This document shows, in pieces, positions 1 through 22,569 of a stretch of 64,000 nt of DNA. The translations under genes were made by a program, and so were the position numbers. The stretch is from Amoebidium appalachense. Taxonomy: Eukaryota > Protista > Ichthyosporea. The DNA lies in NCBI GenBank assembly GCA_963693365.1, contig CAVNZM010000008.1, positions 1,860,001 through 1,924,000 on the forward strand. Reading direction: 5' to 3'. The notes below the pieces were generated by a model. That model was given only the letters and a program-made list of their open reading frames with translations. It was not told the DNA's origin and made no database searches. The first letter of the stretch is position 1, and each line of letters begins with the position of its first letter.

Positions 1-187
1 GCCCGTGCAAGGAACATCTAAATATATCAAAAACAGAAATACAAGAAGATAACCGATTAAAAGAGTTCAACCCATAGCTCCCTAAAGCACATCATGCGAG
101 CCTCTCGACCAATAATATCCAACCCATGCGAGCCCCTCGACCAATCATATCCAAGCAACACGAATAATCAGCCAATTGATCACATGA

Positions 188-9350
<9,163 letters not shown>

Positions 9351-10309
9351 CTGTACAACGCTCCTCCTGAGGGCAAAACTAGTCAATGAAAAACCCGGGT
9401 CTCTGCTGTACTTCGTCTATGCTTTAAGTTTCCGAGGTATACCTGCAAGGAGCCTCAGGTCATGTGTAAACGTTTGAGTATGTGAAAGAATGATGCCGGG
9501 CTGTGTAAAAGCTCGCTGTAAATTCTTAAGCCAGTGTTTGTTATGAGGGCATCCTACCATCTGAGCCAGCAGGAAGGAGGCAAAACGGAGTACATCTATG
9601 TTAGGTGTATGTAGAAAGTTGCCTATAAAATGACGAAGAAGAACCTCTGATGAATGACCTGGTTCACGGAAACTAGACGATCAAGAAGTCGAAAGAGAAA
9701 GAAAACTAAAAGTAGGGTTGACATGCGACAGCTATTAACATAGCAACATACATACAAGGCTTCTGCTTGTTTTGTGCTCCAACCTCGATGAGTCAGCAAC
9801 GGACGGGTTTCGTGTTGGGACTGCTATGCAAGAACACTAGAGAGGAAAAGGTCAGTCCAACCTCTTCATGTTTCTGTCTGAAGCCCAGCCTGCTCTGGAG
9901 TTCTGCGGAACCAGAAATTCTTCCGTTTATTTCTCTCATCTTCGTGTCAAACAAGTCATGCGCAAACGATGTAAATGAATCTCGAAAGCACCTGCTACAG
10001 GCCAACAAAGCCTTCAGCGTGACCGTTAACCCATAAACTCTGCAAACAACAAGCACAGATGGTTCAACGTTGGGCAAAACCCAGCAGCATCAGTAAACAT
10101 TTATCTAGCCCTATAGTTTCTACTTATTCATTCACCAGGAAAAATAAGAAAGTTTCCCACTGTGAATACTGCTGATTACATGCCGCGGGTGACTGTTTCA
10201 ACCCAACAAACTGCAGTGATAGCGCGGCCTGTCACAACTGTAGGCTAGTTGTTTGCTTTCTTTCACACAGCGGCTCAGTCCCGAAATCCGGTGCGTTATT
10301 TCAAGCGGA

Positions 10310-10670
10310 ATGATTGGTCGCCGCCAATTTTTGAGCCGCGTGTGATTGGTTAGTTTGTTGCCTCAATCAGAAGCCGCCCTTCTTGTCTTATTTGGCGCCA
10401 AAAAGACCAACAAGGTGCCTGTATATGATTGGTGGAAGAACAGAAAATGCGCATTGGGATTTTTAATATTCTTTGTTGTAATACCATTGCAGCTCATAAT
10501 TATGTTCTGCTATATTCAAAAAAATAATAGGAAGTTATATTTATGGTTTTTTTTCTATATAAAGCAAGCAATCAGAAGCTCAACCCCAAATTCCATTTCA
10601 TAAAGCTCAACCTTTGAAATTTTGGCGACGACGGTCGGACAAGGTGACCTGTACTGTTGGATTGGTAAAA
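10310..10670. promoter_or_regulatory. CCAAT-box-rich promoter region upstream of the BTB-PHR gene
   Basis: Stretch free of simple repeats, with several GATTGG/CCAAT motifs (~10312, 10324, 10345, 10427, 10660) and an E2F-like TTGGCGCCAAAA at ~10392. Confidence 0.4.
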
Positions 10671-11007
10671 TATCACGATCTAGTCAGTCGTCACACGATT
10701 TCTTCCGTTGAGTGAAGTAAATTCACCAAAGTTCATGTGACCCAAGCCCTAACTGGTGTAATTACGTTAGGGTACTTTGCCTTTTCACCTCTAGATTATA
10801 CAATAGAATGAAACAGCCAAAGTCCCTCAAAATTTTCTTCCTGCATAGTATTTAAATTATACTTGCTGCAGATACTTAGGAAAAGACTGTTCACTATGGT
10901 GACAGTCACATGACGTAACTGCTTTCACGTGAAACGTGACGTTCAACTGGTTTCATGATCGGATATCTTTCGGTGATGTTCACCCACATTTGGGTTGCAC
11001 CCTCGTT

Positions 11008-11060
<53 letters not shown>

Positions 11061-11114
11061 CCCAAAAATTTCGAGGTGGGAAGGGGGGGGGGGGGGGGGG
11101 GATTTTTTTTTTTT

Positions 11115-11157
<43 letters not shown>

Positions 11158-11692
11158 ATCCGAGTCTGCAGTGTGCTTGCCATTAATTTACGGTGTCATT
11201 ATTAATAAAACAGCTGCAGCATGTGAAAGTGACCTGCAATCACTTCTACACATTATTATTATGGTATTTTGACTACGTAATGATATCATAGGTATTAAAA
11301 AGGCGAATGTCGCATGCATGGATGTATACGTAGTGTGTGCTTGACGTGTATGTGGTTGCGTGTGTGCATGTTCATGTGTGTGTGCCGTGTGTGTGCATTG
11401 AATGTGACAGCATACTCTACATACACCGTGACATTACAGTTAAACTGTAAGTAACATTACAATCATAAACTACCACTCTGACATGCTGAACATTACTGGA
11501 AGTTAAATGTTACAACTAACACCTAACAAACTGATTCTTAAGTTACTGTATTGACTAAGTCTTGGCATCATGATGCCAAATCCCATACTAATCGAACCTA
11601 CTAGACATGCCCTACGTTTGCCACCTGACCCCAAAGCAGCTGGCAGCCACAATAACAATTAGAAAAATAAAAAACTACGTGGAGGGATTGGC

Positions 11693-14344
11693 TCACTTCC
11701 ACCTATTATCCGTGACACTAAAACTGAGCAGGCGGATGCCAAAAGCGGTGACCAGAGCATACAACATGGCCTTGCACCTACAGCATTGCATGTAAGTATG
11801 ACACAGATGGGGAGGGATTGCTAAAGTCAGTTGACAGACGCTACATTGTGCACTGGCTATCGTGCTCGGGTATGTGTGATAATAACTGGGGTGGAACGCT
11901 TGCGGATGGTGCGGGTGCTGGCTAGGGGAAATCACCCCAGACTGTTGGGTGCTTTGGAATTCATCCGCCGAATCGGTTGACGAACTGGTGGGATCATGCT
12001 CCTGAGGGGCAACACCTGTGTTGGTGCTTGCACGTGAAAGGCCGCTGGGCTTGGCCTTCTTTGACGGGGCAGTCTGTGAATTACTCTGTGACTTCAGCCC
12101 ACGTTTCGTGTTTCGTGCTCTCTCGCTTGCTTTCTCCGTAACTGTCCTAGCAGCGGCTTCCTTAGCCCTCGCGATTTCCTCCCTCACCTCGGCGGCCACC
12201 TGACTACGCAAACGTCTTTCCTTCTCAATGTGTTCTATTTTTGACTTGATTTGTTTCAATGTTTTGGAAAGGATGGCATCCAGCCCCACACCCTCCTCGT
12301 TGCCCTCCAATGCTGCATGGTAATGTGCAAATATGTCCTCCTCTGTTGCCGGCAACTTTTGTTCCGCAAGCGAAATAACAATACTTTCAATCAACGCGGT
12401 CTCCGCATCCGACCATCTACCCGAACGTACCTCCTCGCCCACAGACACATAATACTCCAAACCATTCTGATCTGTGGTTCGTGTTTGCGTGAATCGTGCG
12501 CGCCGCCTTTGCGTTGGAACCGTGGCAGTGGCCTTGCCCCTGGTGGCTGTTGTGTTGGCCGTATGGGTGGTGTTGGACCCATCACCACTTCTCAGGGAAA
12601 GGTTCCCCCCTTCGCCGGATAAATGCAGCTGCATGGTAGACGGGCGACCTGGACGGTTTGGCTCTGGCCGCTGTCCATGACTGCATGTGTATGTGCGTTT
12701 GTGTGTGCGTGTGAATGCGCGCGCACGTGTACACATGTGTGTTTGTGTGTGCGTGCGCACACGTGCTCTGTGGGTGCGTGCGTGCGTGGATTCGTGCACC
12801 TGTGCATCTATCCACACACGTGTATGCATGGACCATGATGCGCGGATGCATTGTGTGTGTGTGTGTGTGTGTGTGTTGGGGGGGGGGGGGGGGGGGGGGG
12901 GGGGGAGGGGCTGTGTGTGTGCGTGCACACGTGCATGCGTGTGTGTGTTTAAGTTTGTGTATGGTGTGCGGGTGTGCAGGTGGTGAGCAGTGGGGAAGGT
13001 GGGGGGGGAGGAGGAGGGGTTAGACATCATGAAACGACGGATACAGGAGGGGGAGGGGATTGGGAGAGGGGGCTTTTCTTTCCCCTCCCGGGGGGGGGGG
13101 GGGGGGGGGGGGGGAGAGAGGGGGAAAGGGGGGGGGGGGGGGGGGGGGGGGGGGGGAATAAAGAGAGGGACAAGCAGAAATACCTGGATTTGGCCAAGTT
13201 AAGGTTTCGATTATAAAGTACCAAGTGTGGGCAAATAGAGGATGCAAAAGAAGAAAAGTAGCAAATGCATATCATACGGCTCACCTGTTGCCACAATTCT
13301 CACACCTGCATGCCTGGGTGCATGCCCGCTTGTTCTTTGCGCATATGCAACGCTCATGCCCATCGTATGCCTGCACTTTTCCCCCGCCGTTCTTAAAACC
13401 ACAAAAAAAACGTGTTCTATCCTTACTGTTTCTATTACAGCTGCAGCCCTTGGCGGGCAACCCACCGAACGTGTCAGTTGTGTTAGCGTTAGACGCCAAC
13501 TCCGTCGAGTTTTCCGTTTCAACTGAGTGTGATGTCTGTGTTTGGTTGTTGTCCGAGATTTTGTTCGCATGCGACAAGCGAGGTATTACCACTGAGTAAT
13601 GATCTGCTGCACCGTTAAGTGATACGGGTATGGCAATGTTGGGTTCGATGACGGTGGGTGGAGTGACCGCAACTACACCGTGATTGGCAATCGTGCTAAA
13701 AATGGTTATTGGTATGCGGAGTGCGTTGGCTAAGCCCAGCACCATCGCGTCACCGGCTGCAGAAGCAAAATGGGCGCGCCGAGGACAGCGGAAATCATCA
13801 GCTACGTATGCGAGGGTCACCCTTGAAAGGAATCCTTGGTATTCTGCTAGATTTCGCCGCCATTCGTTTACCATTAGTTCGCGTAGCCGTCCAATCGCCT
13901 CTATAGGCTCCATATTAGCTGTAAACCCCAATGTGTTGAGGTGTTCACGGGTAGCTACATGACCGCTTTGTAGATACTGATTGATATAATGCCACACCGA
14001 ATGAAACAAACAGTTGCCGTCAGCGGGTGTTTCCATAAGCTCCATTCTCCAGGCACCCAGAATTTGAAGAAGGCGTTGTTGCTGGACCTCAGGTGGCCCG
14101 GATATGTCCCTGTGTTGCACATCACAAGGAAGAATAAGCAAAGACAAGAAGTGGGAGGGTGACGTAGGGCAGTGGTGGTGGGGTGGGTGACAGTGGGGTG
14201 GGATGGGGGGGTGGGGGGGGGGGGGGGGGGGGGGGGGGGGGAAAGAGAGAGAAAGACAGATTATGGGGAAGGCGGAAAGGCCGAGGAGCAGAACAAGGGA
14301 AACCTTGGCGTGTGTGTGTGTGTGCGTGTGTGGGTGGGTTGGGG

Positions 14345-14379
<35 letters not shown>

Positions 14380-15968
14380 TTAGATTATTAACAATTCTAT
14401 AAGTGAATAAGAGTGTGTGCGCTCGTGGCTGCGAGGGAGGGTGCATGCGTGCATGCATGGGTGCGTTCGTGTGTGCAGGTGTGTGAAAGGGGAGGGGGTG
14501 TGTGTGTGGGGGGGAGGGGGTTAGGCACTCTGAAGGGGGCCGGGCAGGTGTAAGGGAGTACTGATGAAGGAGGGGCTATGAACGGGGGGGGGGGGGGGGG
14601 GGGGGGGGGGTAGATGCAGATGCTTTCAAATAGGTGGAAGAGAAGCAGGGAGCTTCCAAAAAGGTAGGATGGAAGATATAGGTATACTATTAGAGAATAA
14701 TGAGAATTAGGGGAGGTAAGAGGTAATGGAGGACTTGAAAAGGAGGGACGAATGGGCAGAGGCCCTCCTGAGGGGGGAGAGGGGGGGGGGAGGGGAACAG
14801 GACAGGCATAATAAGTGGGCCTGGGGAGGCAGGTTGTCTGACAAAAAACTGGTGTCACTTGGGTTGGAAGGAGAGATGGATTGATACGTGCAAGGAAGTA
14901 AGGAGGTGGAGCAGTTGGGAGGAAGAATTGTGGGAAGGAGGAGAGGGGGAGGGGGATGCAGAAAAGGGGGCGGGGGGGGGGGGGGGGGGGGGAGGGGGGA
15001 GGGGAAAGGGGGATGGGGGAAAGGGGAGGAGGCCCTGCAGGGAAAGGGGGGGAGAGGCGAGAGGGAGGAGCGGGGGGGCGTTGGAGGGGAAGGGGGGGGG
15101 GGGGGGGGGGTTCGGCAGGAAGCACCTGGCAAGCTGTATGTCTGCTGCCACGGCCTCGTCAAAGAACACTAGAGTGAAGAGCAGATGATCCGGGTCCTGT
15201 GCTGCTAAAGCAAACCCTTCGGAGCTGTGCACAGACCCAATCAGCTTGCGCATCGCACGCCGGGCGTTAAGCTTGCGGCCTGCTAGGCGCACACATGTTG
15301 ACACGTTGAATGAACCGGGGCTCTCGTCACTTGACCCCTCATCGTCATCGTCAGAGCCATCACTGTCGAAAGACCCAACCTCCATACCACACTCAGGCAA
15401 GGAACGGTTGCCATTATTGCCATAAGCTGCAGAGTGAACACAAAGACAGGGTGAGAGAATAGCTGGTCAATGGTTGCCAGGTCTATAAAGAACCCACTCC
15501 CAACCGAATCCCCCATCCAACCCCCCCCCCCCCCCCCCCCCCCCCCCCACACACACACACAACATACATACACACACACATACACACACACACCGCCCAC
15601 ACCCTCCCCACCCCCCCTCTTGCTCTCGGCCCCCCCCCCCTGCCTAATTCTCCACTTCCCCCTTCTCCCTCTCCGTCCCACCCTCCCGCCCTTCCTCTTT
15701 ACCGACTGCCCTCCTCTCTTTGCCCCTCTCTTTCTGTCTTTTCCGCCATCCCTCCCTCTACCCTTTCTCCCCCTCCCTCCTTCCCTCCAACCCTCCCACC
15801 CACCCATCCTTCCCTCCCTTTCTCCCTACCCTGACCTCTCCCCCTTCCCCCCTCCCCTGTCTTTAACATACACACACAGGCACACACATACACGCCCCCC
15901 CCCCCCCCCCCCCCCCCCTCTCCCCTTCTCTGTACCCACCCACCCACCCACCCACATTACACACACAA

Positions 15969-16015
<47 letters not shown>

Positions 16016-16826
16016 CAACACACACACACACTCACTACACACACACAGGCACATACACACACAGACAAGCACACACCCACAGGCATACACCGTGACACAC
16101 AGAAACTCTCTACCCACTATCCTGTACTGCCTCTTGACTAATTGTATGCTTAAAGGGGAAGGGAGGGAAGGGGGAAAAGCGGAGGAGTGGGCTTTAAGTG
16201 GGTACACTGCACAGAATGGTCACACAAAACATATGGAACACGTTGCCACACATACCCTATCGGGTGATAGCAACATATAAGAGGCAAGCCAAAGCAGAAA
16301 AGGCAGCATGCCATGCCAAACAGATCATGGGAGAGGCACAAAGGTCCATAAGATTAAGTGCAAGGGAAGGCCTGAGCGGTGAAGGCATTGGTATCCACAA
16401 GATGCAAAAGGACACACCTAACGTATTACATAAAAAACAACTTCTAAAACGGAGGAACCACCTGTAAGGCCCAGAACAGAGAGACAGGGGAGGGGAGAGA
16501 AAAAGTGGAAAAGAGGCAGGGGGTGGTGGGGAGAGAGGGGGGGAGGGGGGGGGGGGGGGGGGGAAGGGGGGGAATCACCTGATGGACTCCCTCCGCTGTA
16601 GATGCATCTATCCGGCCGCCATGACGGGTTTGATGCCACACCCAATCCCTGAGGAAGGGCTGGGGAGGGCACGTGCCAGCTTCGACAGAGTCCTCATGAT
16701 CCGCTATGCAATAATCAATGTACCGTGCAACGAATGGCTGTTCCAGCTTGGCATGATCTTTAGACCAAGATTTGTTTTCCTTAATGACTTTTTTGTTCAC
16801 CCCATCTGGGTTGTTTGTTGAACCCG
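11693..16826 (-). CDS. Transposase-derived spliced protein: DDE third-motif remnant + OTU deubiquitinase + Cys8/CXC zinc cluster + Myb/SANT-like helix + C-terminal CxxC-CxxC finger
   Basis: Exons 15426-15126, 14109-13285 and 12680-11693 join in phase with GT-AG sites. OTU catalytic motifs PADGNCLFHSV and DHYSVV. Cys cluster GCSC...C...RCICAKNKRACTQACRCENCGN. Myb-like GRWSDAETALIESIV...KTLKQIKSKI. C-terminal CSVC...CCRC. Upstream exon 16826-16579 (GSTNNPDGVNKKV) resembles the TNN-x-E-x-N catalytic region, but its phase join to the next exon is unresolved. Confidence 0.7.
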
Positions 16827-17164
16827 CTGCAGCCAAAAGACAAAAGGCGAGGATAACATGAACGAGAATCCTCAGCAAAGCCCAATGGCCTTGCCCACGT
16901 CCAATGCGGACGCGAGCATGTTTGTAACCCATGCTCACACAAAATATGTACTGTCAGTTATGATCGAGCATTAAAGGGTGTTGTCTGTTTTTATTATTTT
17001 TATATGAGCCTACTGCAATATGGCTGTGTCACACCTGTCAACTGCCAGTCCAGGCTGTGACTGCCCGTTCAAGTACGCCACCACCTGCACGTGGTTGACG
17101 TGGTCTTGCTTAGCCCGCCTTTCGAGTTTATTCCTCGAATCAGACGCCACCAACGATGAGCCAC

Positions 17165-17459
17165 AAAAACGGGTCAGAAAACGGGTCAGGAACGATTCGA
17201 GCTGATTCGACCCATAATAGTTCGAACCGACCCATTTATGCCCCAAATAAATTTGGCACCAAATAATTTGGCACGAACCTGGTGACGTAAAATGTGGCAC
17301 GAATTTATTTGGCACCAGCCCGCTAGCGGAGCACATCCAGGGGTATCCCCAAGCTCCTGTCGGTGCCTGGGCGACATCCTGCCCCATTTTCACCGTTTTG
17401 CAGGCTCGTGCCAAATAAATTTCGTGCCAAATATTACGTCACACCCTAGGAGCTTGGGA
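17165..17459. repeat. Subterminal inverted/direct repeat cluster
   Basis: GGTGACGTAAAATGTGGCACGAATTTATTTGGCACCAGCCCGC (17281-17323) is an imperfect inverted copy of 17400-17446. Also repeated ATTTGGCAC, tandem AAAACGGGTCAG x2 and an inverted pair CCCAAGCTCCT/AGGAGCTTGGG. Confidence 0.8.
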
Positions 17460-17626
17460 ATTGAGGGTAGCACCCACATTTGGTTGCTATATTCCATTTT
17501 TGGCTAAACAAAACGCGTTTCGATTCGATTAAAAACTCGATCTGACGCGATTCAACGGCATCGATCTCATCATCTGGATTGCAGCTGATATTGCAGCCAG
17601 CTGCTAGCTAGCTGCTGCCGGTGCAG

Positions 17627-17687
<61 letters not shown>

Positions 17688-17771
17688 AAAACAAAAGAGA
17701 GTCAAGTCAGATGAGCCGCAGTATCTTTTGGGACCTTTACTGAAAGTTAGTGCCTGTGGATAATTGCAGAG

Positions 17772-18102
17772 ATGACTACGCCTGGACTCTGTGCGGCGAA
17801 GGGGTTACTCGCCTCTTCAGCATTGGCTGTGGCCGCCGGACAGCGCCTTGCACCGGTCATGTATGCATCCCCCCCCCTCCCCCCCCTCCCCTCCCCCCCC
17901 CCATCCCCCCCAACACCCTTTGGAACCTCCACACTTGCACACTTGCACACAGTTGCCTCTCTCCCTCTCTCTCCCTATCCCCCCCCCCCCCATTCTCTTC
18001 CTCCCCCTCCCCCCCCCCCCCCCCCCCTCTCTCCTTCTCCCTCTCTCCCTCCCTCTCTCCCTCACTCCCTCCCTCCCTCCCTCCCTCCCTCCCCCTCCCA
18101 CC

Positions 18103-18166
<64 letters not shown>

Positions 18167-18183
18167 CCCCCCCCTCTCTCTCG

Positions 18184-18216
<33 letters not shown>

Positions 18217-18777
18217 CCCCTCTCCCCCTCCCTCCCCCCTCCCTTCCTCCCTCTCGCTGTCTCTTTCTCTCCCCTCCCCCCCCCCCCCCCCCCTTCTTCT
18301 TCTCTCTCTCTCTCCTTCTCCCTCTTTTCCTCTCCCCCCTCCACCCCCCCCTCTATCTCTTCCTCTTGCTTTTGCTCTCTCTCTTTCCCTCCGCCCCCCC
18401 TCCCACCCTTCCCCTCCTACCTCTCTCTCCCTCTCTTCCTTTCCCTCTCCCTCCCTCCCCCTGTCCCCTCTCTCTCACTCAGACACACACACACAAACAC
18501 ACAGACACACACACATCCTCTTTCTCCCCTTTCCCCCCTCTCTCTTCTTGTTTCTCCCCCTCTCCCTCTCCCCGAAGCTCTCTTTTTCTCTCCGCCCTTT
18601 CTCCCTCACGCTCTCCCTCTCTCTCTCTCTCCCCGGAGGCCCTCTCTCCCCCTCTTCTTCCCCCTTTCCTCCCCCCTTCTCCCTCCCTGTCCCTCCCTCC
18701 CTCCGCCCTCCCTCCCCCCCCCTTTCCCTCCGTCCCCCCTTCCTTCCGTCCCTCCCTCCATCGCTCCCTCCCCCCCC

Positions 18778-18832
<55 letters not shown>

Positions 18833-18898
18833 CCCCCGGCCCCCCGCTCCCCCGTCTCTTGCCACCCTCTGTCTTGCGTTACTCTTTTTCCTTCCTAG

Positions 18899-18935
<37 letters not shown>

Positions 18936-19813
18936 ACCCACCCTCGTCTCGTGCACGCAGGCATCTGCGTCCATCTATGTTTTGGCGCTGTTCCAGCCTG
19001 TCATAATTAGTTTTTCACGCTCATTTTTTCCCCGCATACTTTAGTTCACTGGTTAGGCTCCCTCTTTCTTGCTCCCCCCCCCCCCCCCCCCCCAAACCCC
19101 CCCCCACCCCAACCCCCGCCCCTGCCCCCGCCCCCGCACCCCACCGCCCAACCGATTCCTCTTTCTGTCGCCCCCCATCTCTCACCCTGTTTCCCACTCT
19201 CTTCTTCGTCTCTCCCTTCCTCCCTCCCGCCCTATGTCTCGTCCCCTCCCCCCCCCCCCCCCCCCATCCTTTTCCGCTGTTGCATCCAACCCCACACATC
19301 TTCCTCTCTTGTACATGGCTTCCCAGCACCGTCAGCTTAACTATCAATTGAATGCCCTTGCATGCTTTTGGCCCTTACATGTGGTCACTTCTCTGCCTCT
19401 GTTCTATCGGTTTTCCTCCTCTTTGTTGAATCCATCTGCCTTGCCAACGATTCAGCCTCCCCCTTCTCCCCCCTCCCCACCGCCCTCTCTTTCCTTTCTC
19501 TTTCCATTTCCTTGCTTGGCTTCGCTTTGTTTCCTGTTTGTCCTCCCTTGCTTTTTCTTTTCAGTCTCCTGTTTCGGCCCCCCCCCTCCCCCCCCCCCCC
19601 CCCCCCCCCAACACACACACACACACAGTTAGCTCTATCCCCTTCTTCCTGTGCCATCCCCCCCCCCCCCCCCCCCCCCCCTGCTCTCCCGCCCCTTCTC
19701 CCCTTCCCCTTCTTTTCCTTTGATCCCTCCACCCCCTCTATCCCCACTGTTTGTGAACGTCTACTATGTTTGCTCGCCTTTTGCCACATACACATGTGGG
19801 AGGGTGGGCAGAT

Positions 19814-19854
<41 letters not shown>

Positions 19855-20287
19855 GTGGTGGTGAGGGGCGGGTAGGGGGGAGGGGGGGGGAGGGGGAGTG
19901 TGAGGGAGGGGGGGAGGGGGTGGAGGGGAGGGGGGAAGGGGGAGGGGGAGGGAGCAAGGGTGGGTTTTAGAGAAGATACCTGGTGCTTCGTCAATCCCTT
20001 TTTCCCCATTGATTTCCTCATTACGGTTTGCAGTTTCAGTCTTTCCTTGGTCACTTAGTTTTACTATTCCCCCCCCCCCCCCCCCCCCCCCGCGTCCCCC
20101 TGCCCCCCCCCCTCTCCCCCCCCCCCCCCCCCCCTACACACACACGCACACACACACACACACACACGGACTGATGTTTGCACCTCCACCTCAGGCCCCT
20201 GCCTTTGCGTGCCGTCATCAGAGAGGTGGACTTGGTGCACGATGTACTGTTTCCCGGCCCCATTGATTCTGTTCAGCTGACTCCAGG
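17772..20287 (+). CDS. Possible small spliced gene of unknown function
   Basis: Candidate first exon MTTPGLCAAKGLLASSALAVAAGQRLAPV ends at a GTATGC donor (~17860). Candidate exon ~20194-20287 (PLPLRAVIREVDLVHDVLFPGPIDSVQLTP) has CAG/GTAAA borders in a compatible phase. The intervening DNA is C-rich on +, like the sense strand of other introns. No family recognised. Confidence 0.3.
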
Positions 20288-20419
20288 TAAAAATTGCCCC
20301 CCCCCCCCCCCCCCGCCTTTCCCTTCCCCCCCCGTCCCTAATGACTTCCCATTCCACAAACTTACAAGTCACTACTGTGACTACCCTCACTACAACACAT
20401 GCACATACACACATACACA

Positions 20420-20468
<49 letters not shown>

Positions 20469-20741
20469 CACATGTGTTCCTCCTCTGTATCGAAAGGTAA
20501 ATCTGCACACAAGAGAGGGGCATTTTACTACACACACAGGAGGCAAAGAGATAGTTGGGCCTAGAGGGCCTACGTGGGAATGAAAGAGGAATTAGAAACA
20601 CCTCTCTTCCCGCAAGAAACACACACACATCCCCGCGCACACATACGCACACACGCGTGCCCGCGCGCGCACACACACACACACACACGCACCCACATGC
20701 ACACGCGCACGCGCACACACACACACACACATGCACACGCG

Positions 20742-20824
<83 letters not shown>

Positions 20825-21031
20825 CCACACACACACACCCCTGCCCTTGTGAAGGCCTTCTTCTGATGCCAGCATATACAGGATAGTACCGAAAGAACCC
20901 AGTTAGACTGCTCGCAGACGGATTTGCAAATGAATGTGATTTAGAGCAGAGAAAGGATTTCTCTCTGCCGTTTCCTTTTCTTTACTCTTCTTTCTTTTTT
21001 GGTTTTTTCTTTCTTACACTTTTTTTTTTTT

Positions 21032-21062
<31 letters not shown>

Positions 21063-21095
21063 GGGGAAGGGAGGGGGGGGGGGGGGGGGAGGGGG

Positions 21096-21136
<41 letters not shown>

Positions 21137-21300
21137 GGGATCTTTTGGGATCTTTTGACCCATGGTTCTAAAAGGCTGGGGAAATAGGCGGGCGACAGGT
21201 TGGGGGTGGCAAGGTGGAGAGTGGGGGGCAGGGAAGGGTTTATGCACTAACCGATCAAAACGGGTGTTGCGTGAACAGGGGCACTGGAGGCTGCACGTGC

Positions 21301-21763
21301 ATTGGTTAAAGAACGAACAAACACCATCAGAATACACCATATATAGAAGAATTGGTTAGAGAACGAACAAACACCATCAGAACACACCTTATATAGAAAT
21401 ACTTGCCTTATATGGCTAGGTGCAAACAGGTTGAGCGTTTAAAGGAGGGCTTTGAAAGTTCTGATTTGTTTTTTTTTTTTAGCTTCAACGGGGTAGATAG
21501 AGAGTTGAGTCACATTAGAATGGCATTAACATGATTTAAGGAGAAAGGGCTTAATGAGACTACGTACCCCGTCTTAGATTAGATTGCTATGGTATGATTG
21601 CTAGATTGCTATGGTATGTGACGTTGACCGATTTACTACTATATATGGTAGTAAATCGGTGTGACGTCATATTATGACGATTTTAGCTGGCGGCGGCTAA
21701 TTTTTGGTAGAGTCTGGCAGCGTACATAGTCTTTATTGAATTGCGTACATAGTCTGTATTGAA
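21301..21763. repeat. Cluster of short tandem duplications plus a perfect hairpin
   Basis: ~50-bp unit x2 (21301-21399); TAGATTGCTATGGTATG x2 (~21580-21618); GCGTACATAGTCT-TATTGAA x2 (~21720-21763); 13-bp stem ACCGATTTACTAC/GTAGTAAATCGGT (21627-21660). Confidence 0.85.
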
Positions 21764-22304
21764 CTCCTGCTCCTTAATCGTTGAAGTTAAAATAATCTTT
21801 GTTGGTTTTTTTCTTTAGGGGACATTCCAATGCACCTGTACTTATGACCCAAACTGTCGGTGGTATGGGATGTCAAATCAGTTACGAATGAATGAAAGAA
21901 CAGTACTTTCTTATTGGCTGGCTGGTCCAGGCAAATAACCAAATATGGTATGTTGTGTCGGTGTTGGATTGGTTCGGGTGATGTGATGCCCCTTACGGGC
22001 AGGCAGGGATGACCATGTGTTGCAATTGTTTGTGGGTTCTGTTTTTTCCCTCCCAAATGTTCTACACAAATCATGATTTGACTAGCATGCGTACATGTTC
22101 GAGTGCTCAGAGTGTTATGGACCACTGCCGCTTGTGTGTGTGTACGTGTGTGCACATCATGTGTACGTGTGTGTGCATGTGTGTGTGTGGACATCGATTC
22201 TGGTGCACAACGGGTGTGTGTACATACATGCATATCGGTGTATGTGCATGTGCGGGCGGGCGGGCGGGCGGGCGGGCGGGCGCATGCGTGCGTGCACGTG
22301 CGTT

Positions 22305-22351
<47 letters not shown>

Positions 22352-22569
22352 CGTGTGTGCACGCCTTTGCGTGTTGTGGGCGTTGAACTTCGTGTTGTGC
22401 GCGTGCGTGTGCACGTGTGTGTATGTCTGTCACGGTGCAGTGTGAGGAAAGAGGAAAAACATACGGTGACATCCGTTCACATATACTCACAAAACGTTGA
22501 ACCTGCCTAGAAATTTTCCAAGCCACACACTCTGTTACTGCTGGGGAGAGGCCAGATGTCATAGTCCTA

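Larger units (their letters stand above)
10998..17469 (-). mobile_element. Putative DNA transposon (~6.5 kb, probably non-autonomous) carrying the OTU gene
   Basis: Left end CACCCTCGTTTCCC (10998-11011) matches the reverse complement of the right end, TACCCTCAATTCCC (17456-17469). Flanking direct repeat CACCCACATTTGG(G)TTGC at 10981 and 17471. Dense subterminal direct and inverted repeats at 17165-17459. Confidence 0.55.

Noticed and set aside
17010-17414. 134-aa minus ORF as a standalone gene
   Set aside because: The 5' two-thirds runs through terminal inverted repeats. Only the last ~40 codons might be a transposase remnant.
21301-21399. CRISPR-like repeats
   Set aside because: Only two adjacent copies without spacers, no cas genes, and a eukaryotic context.
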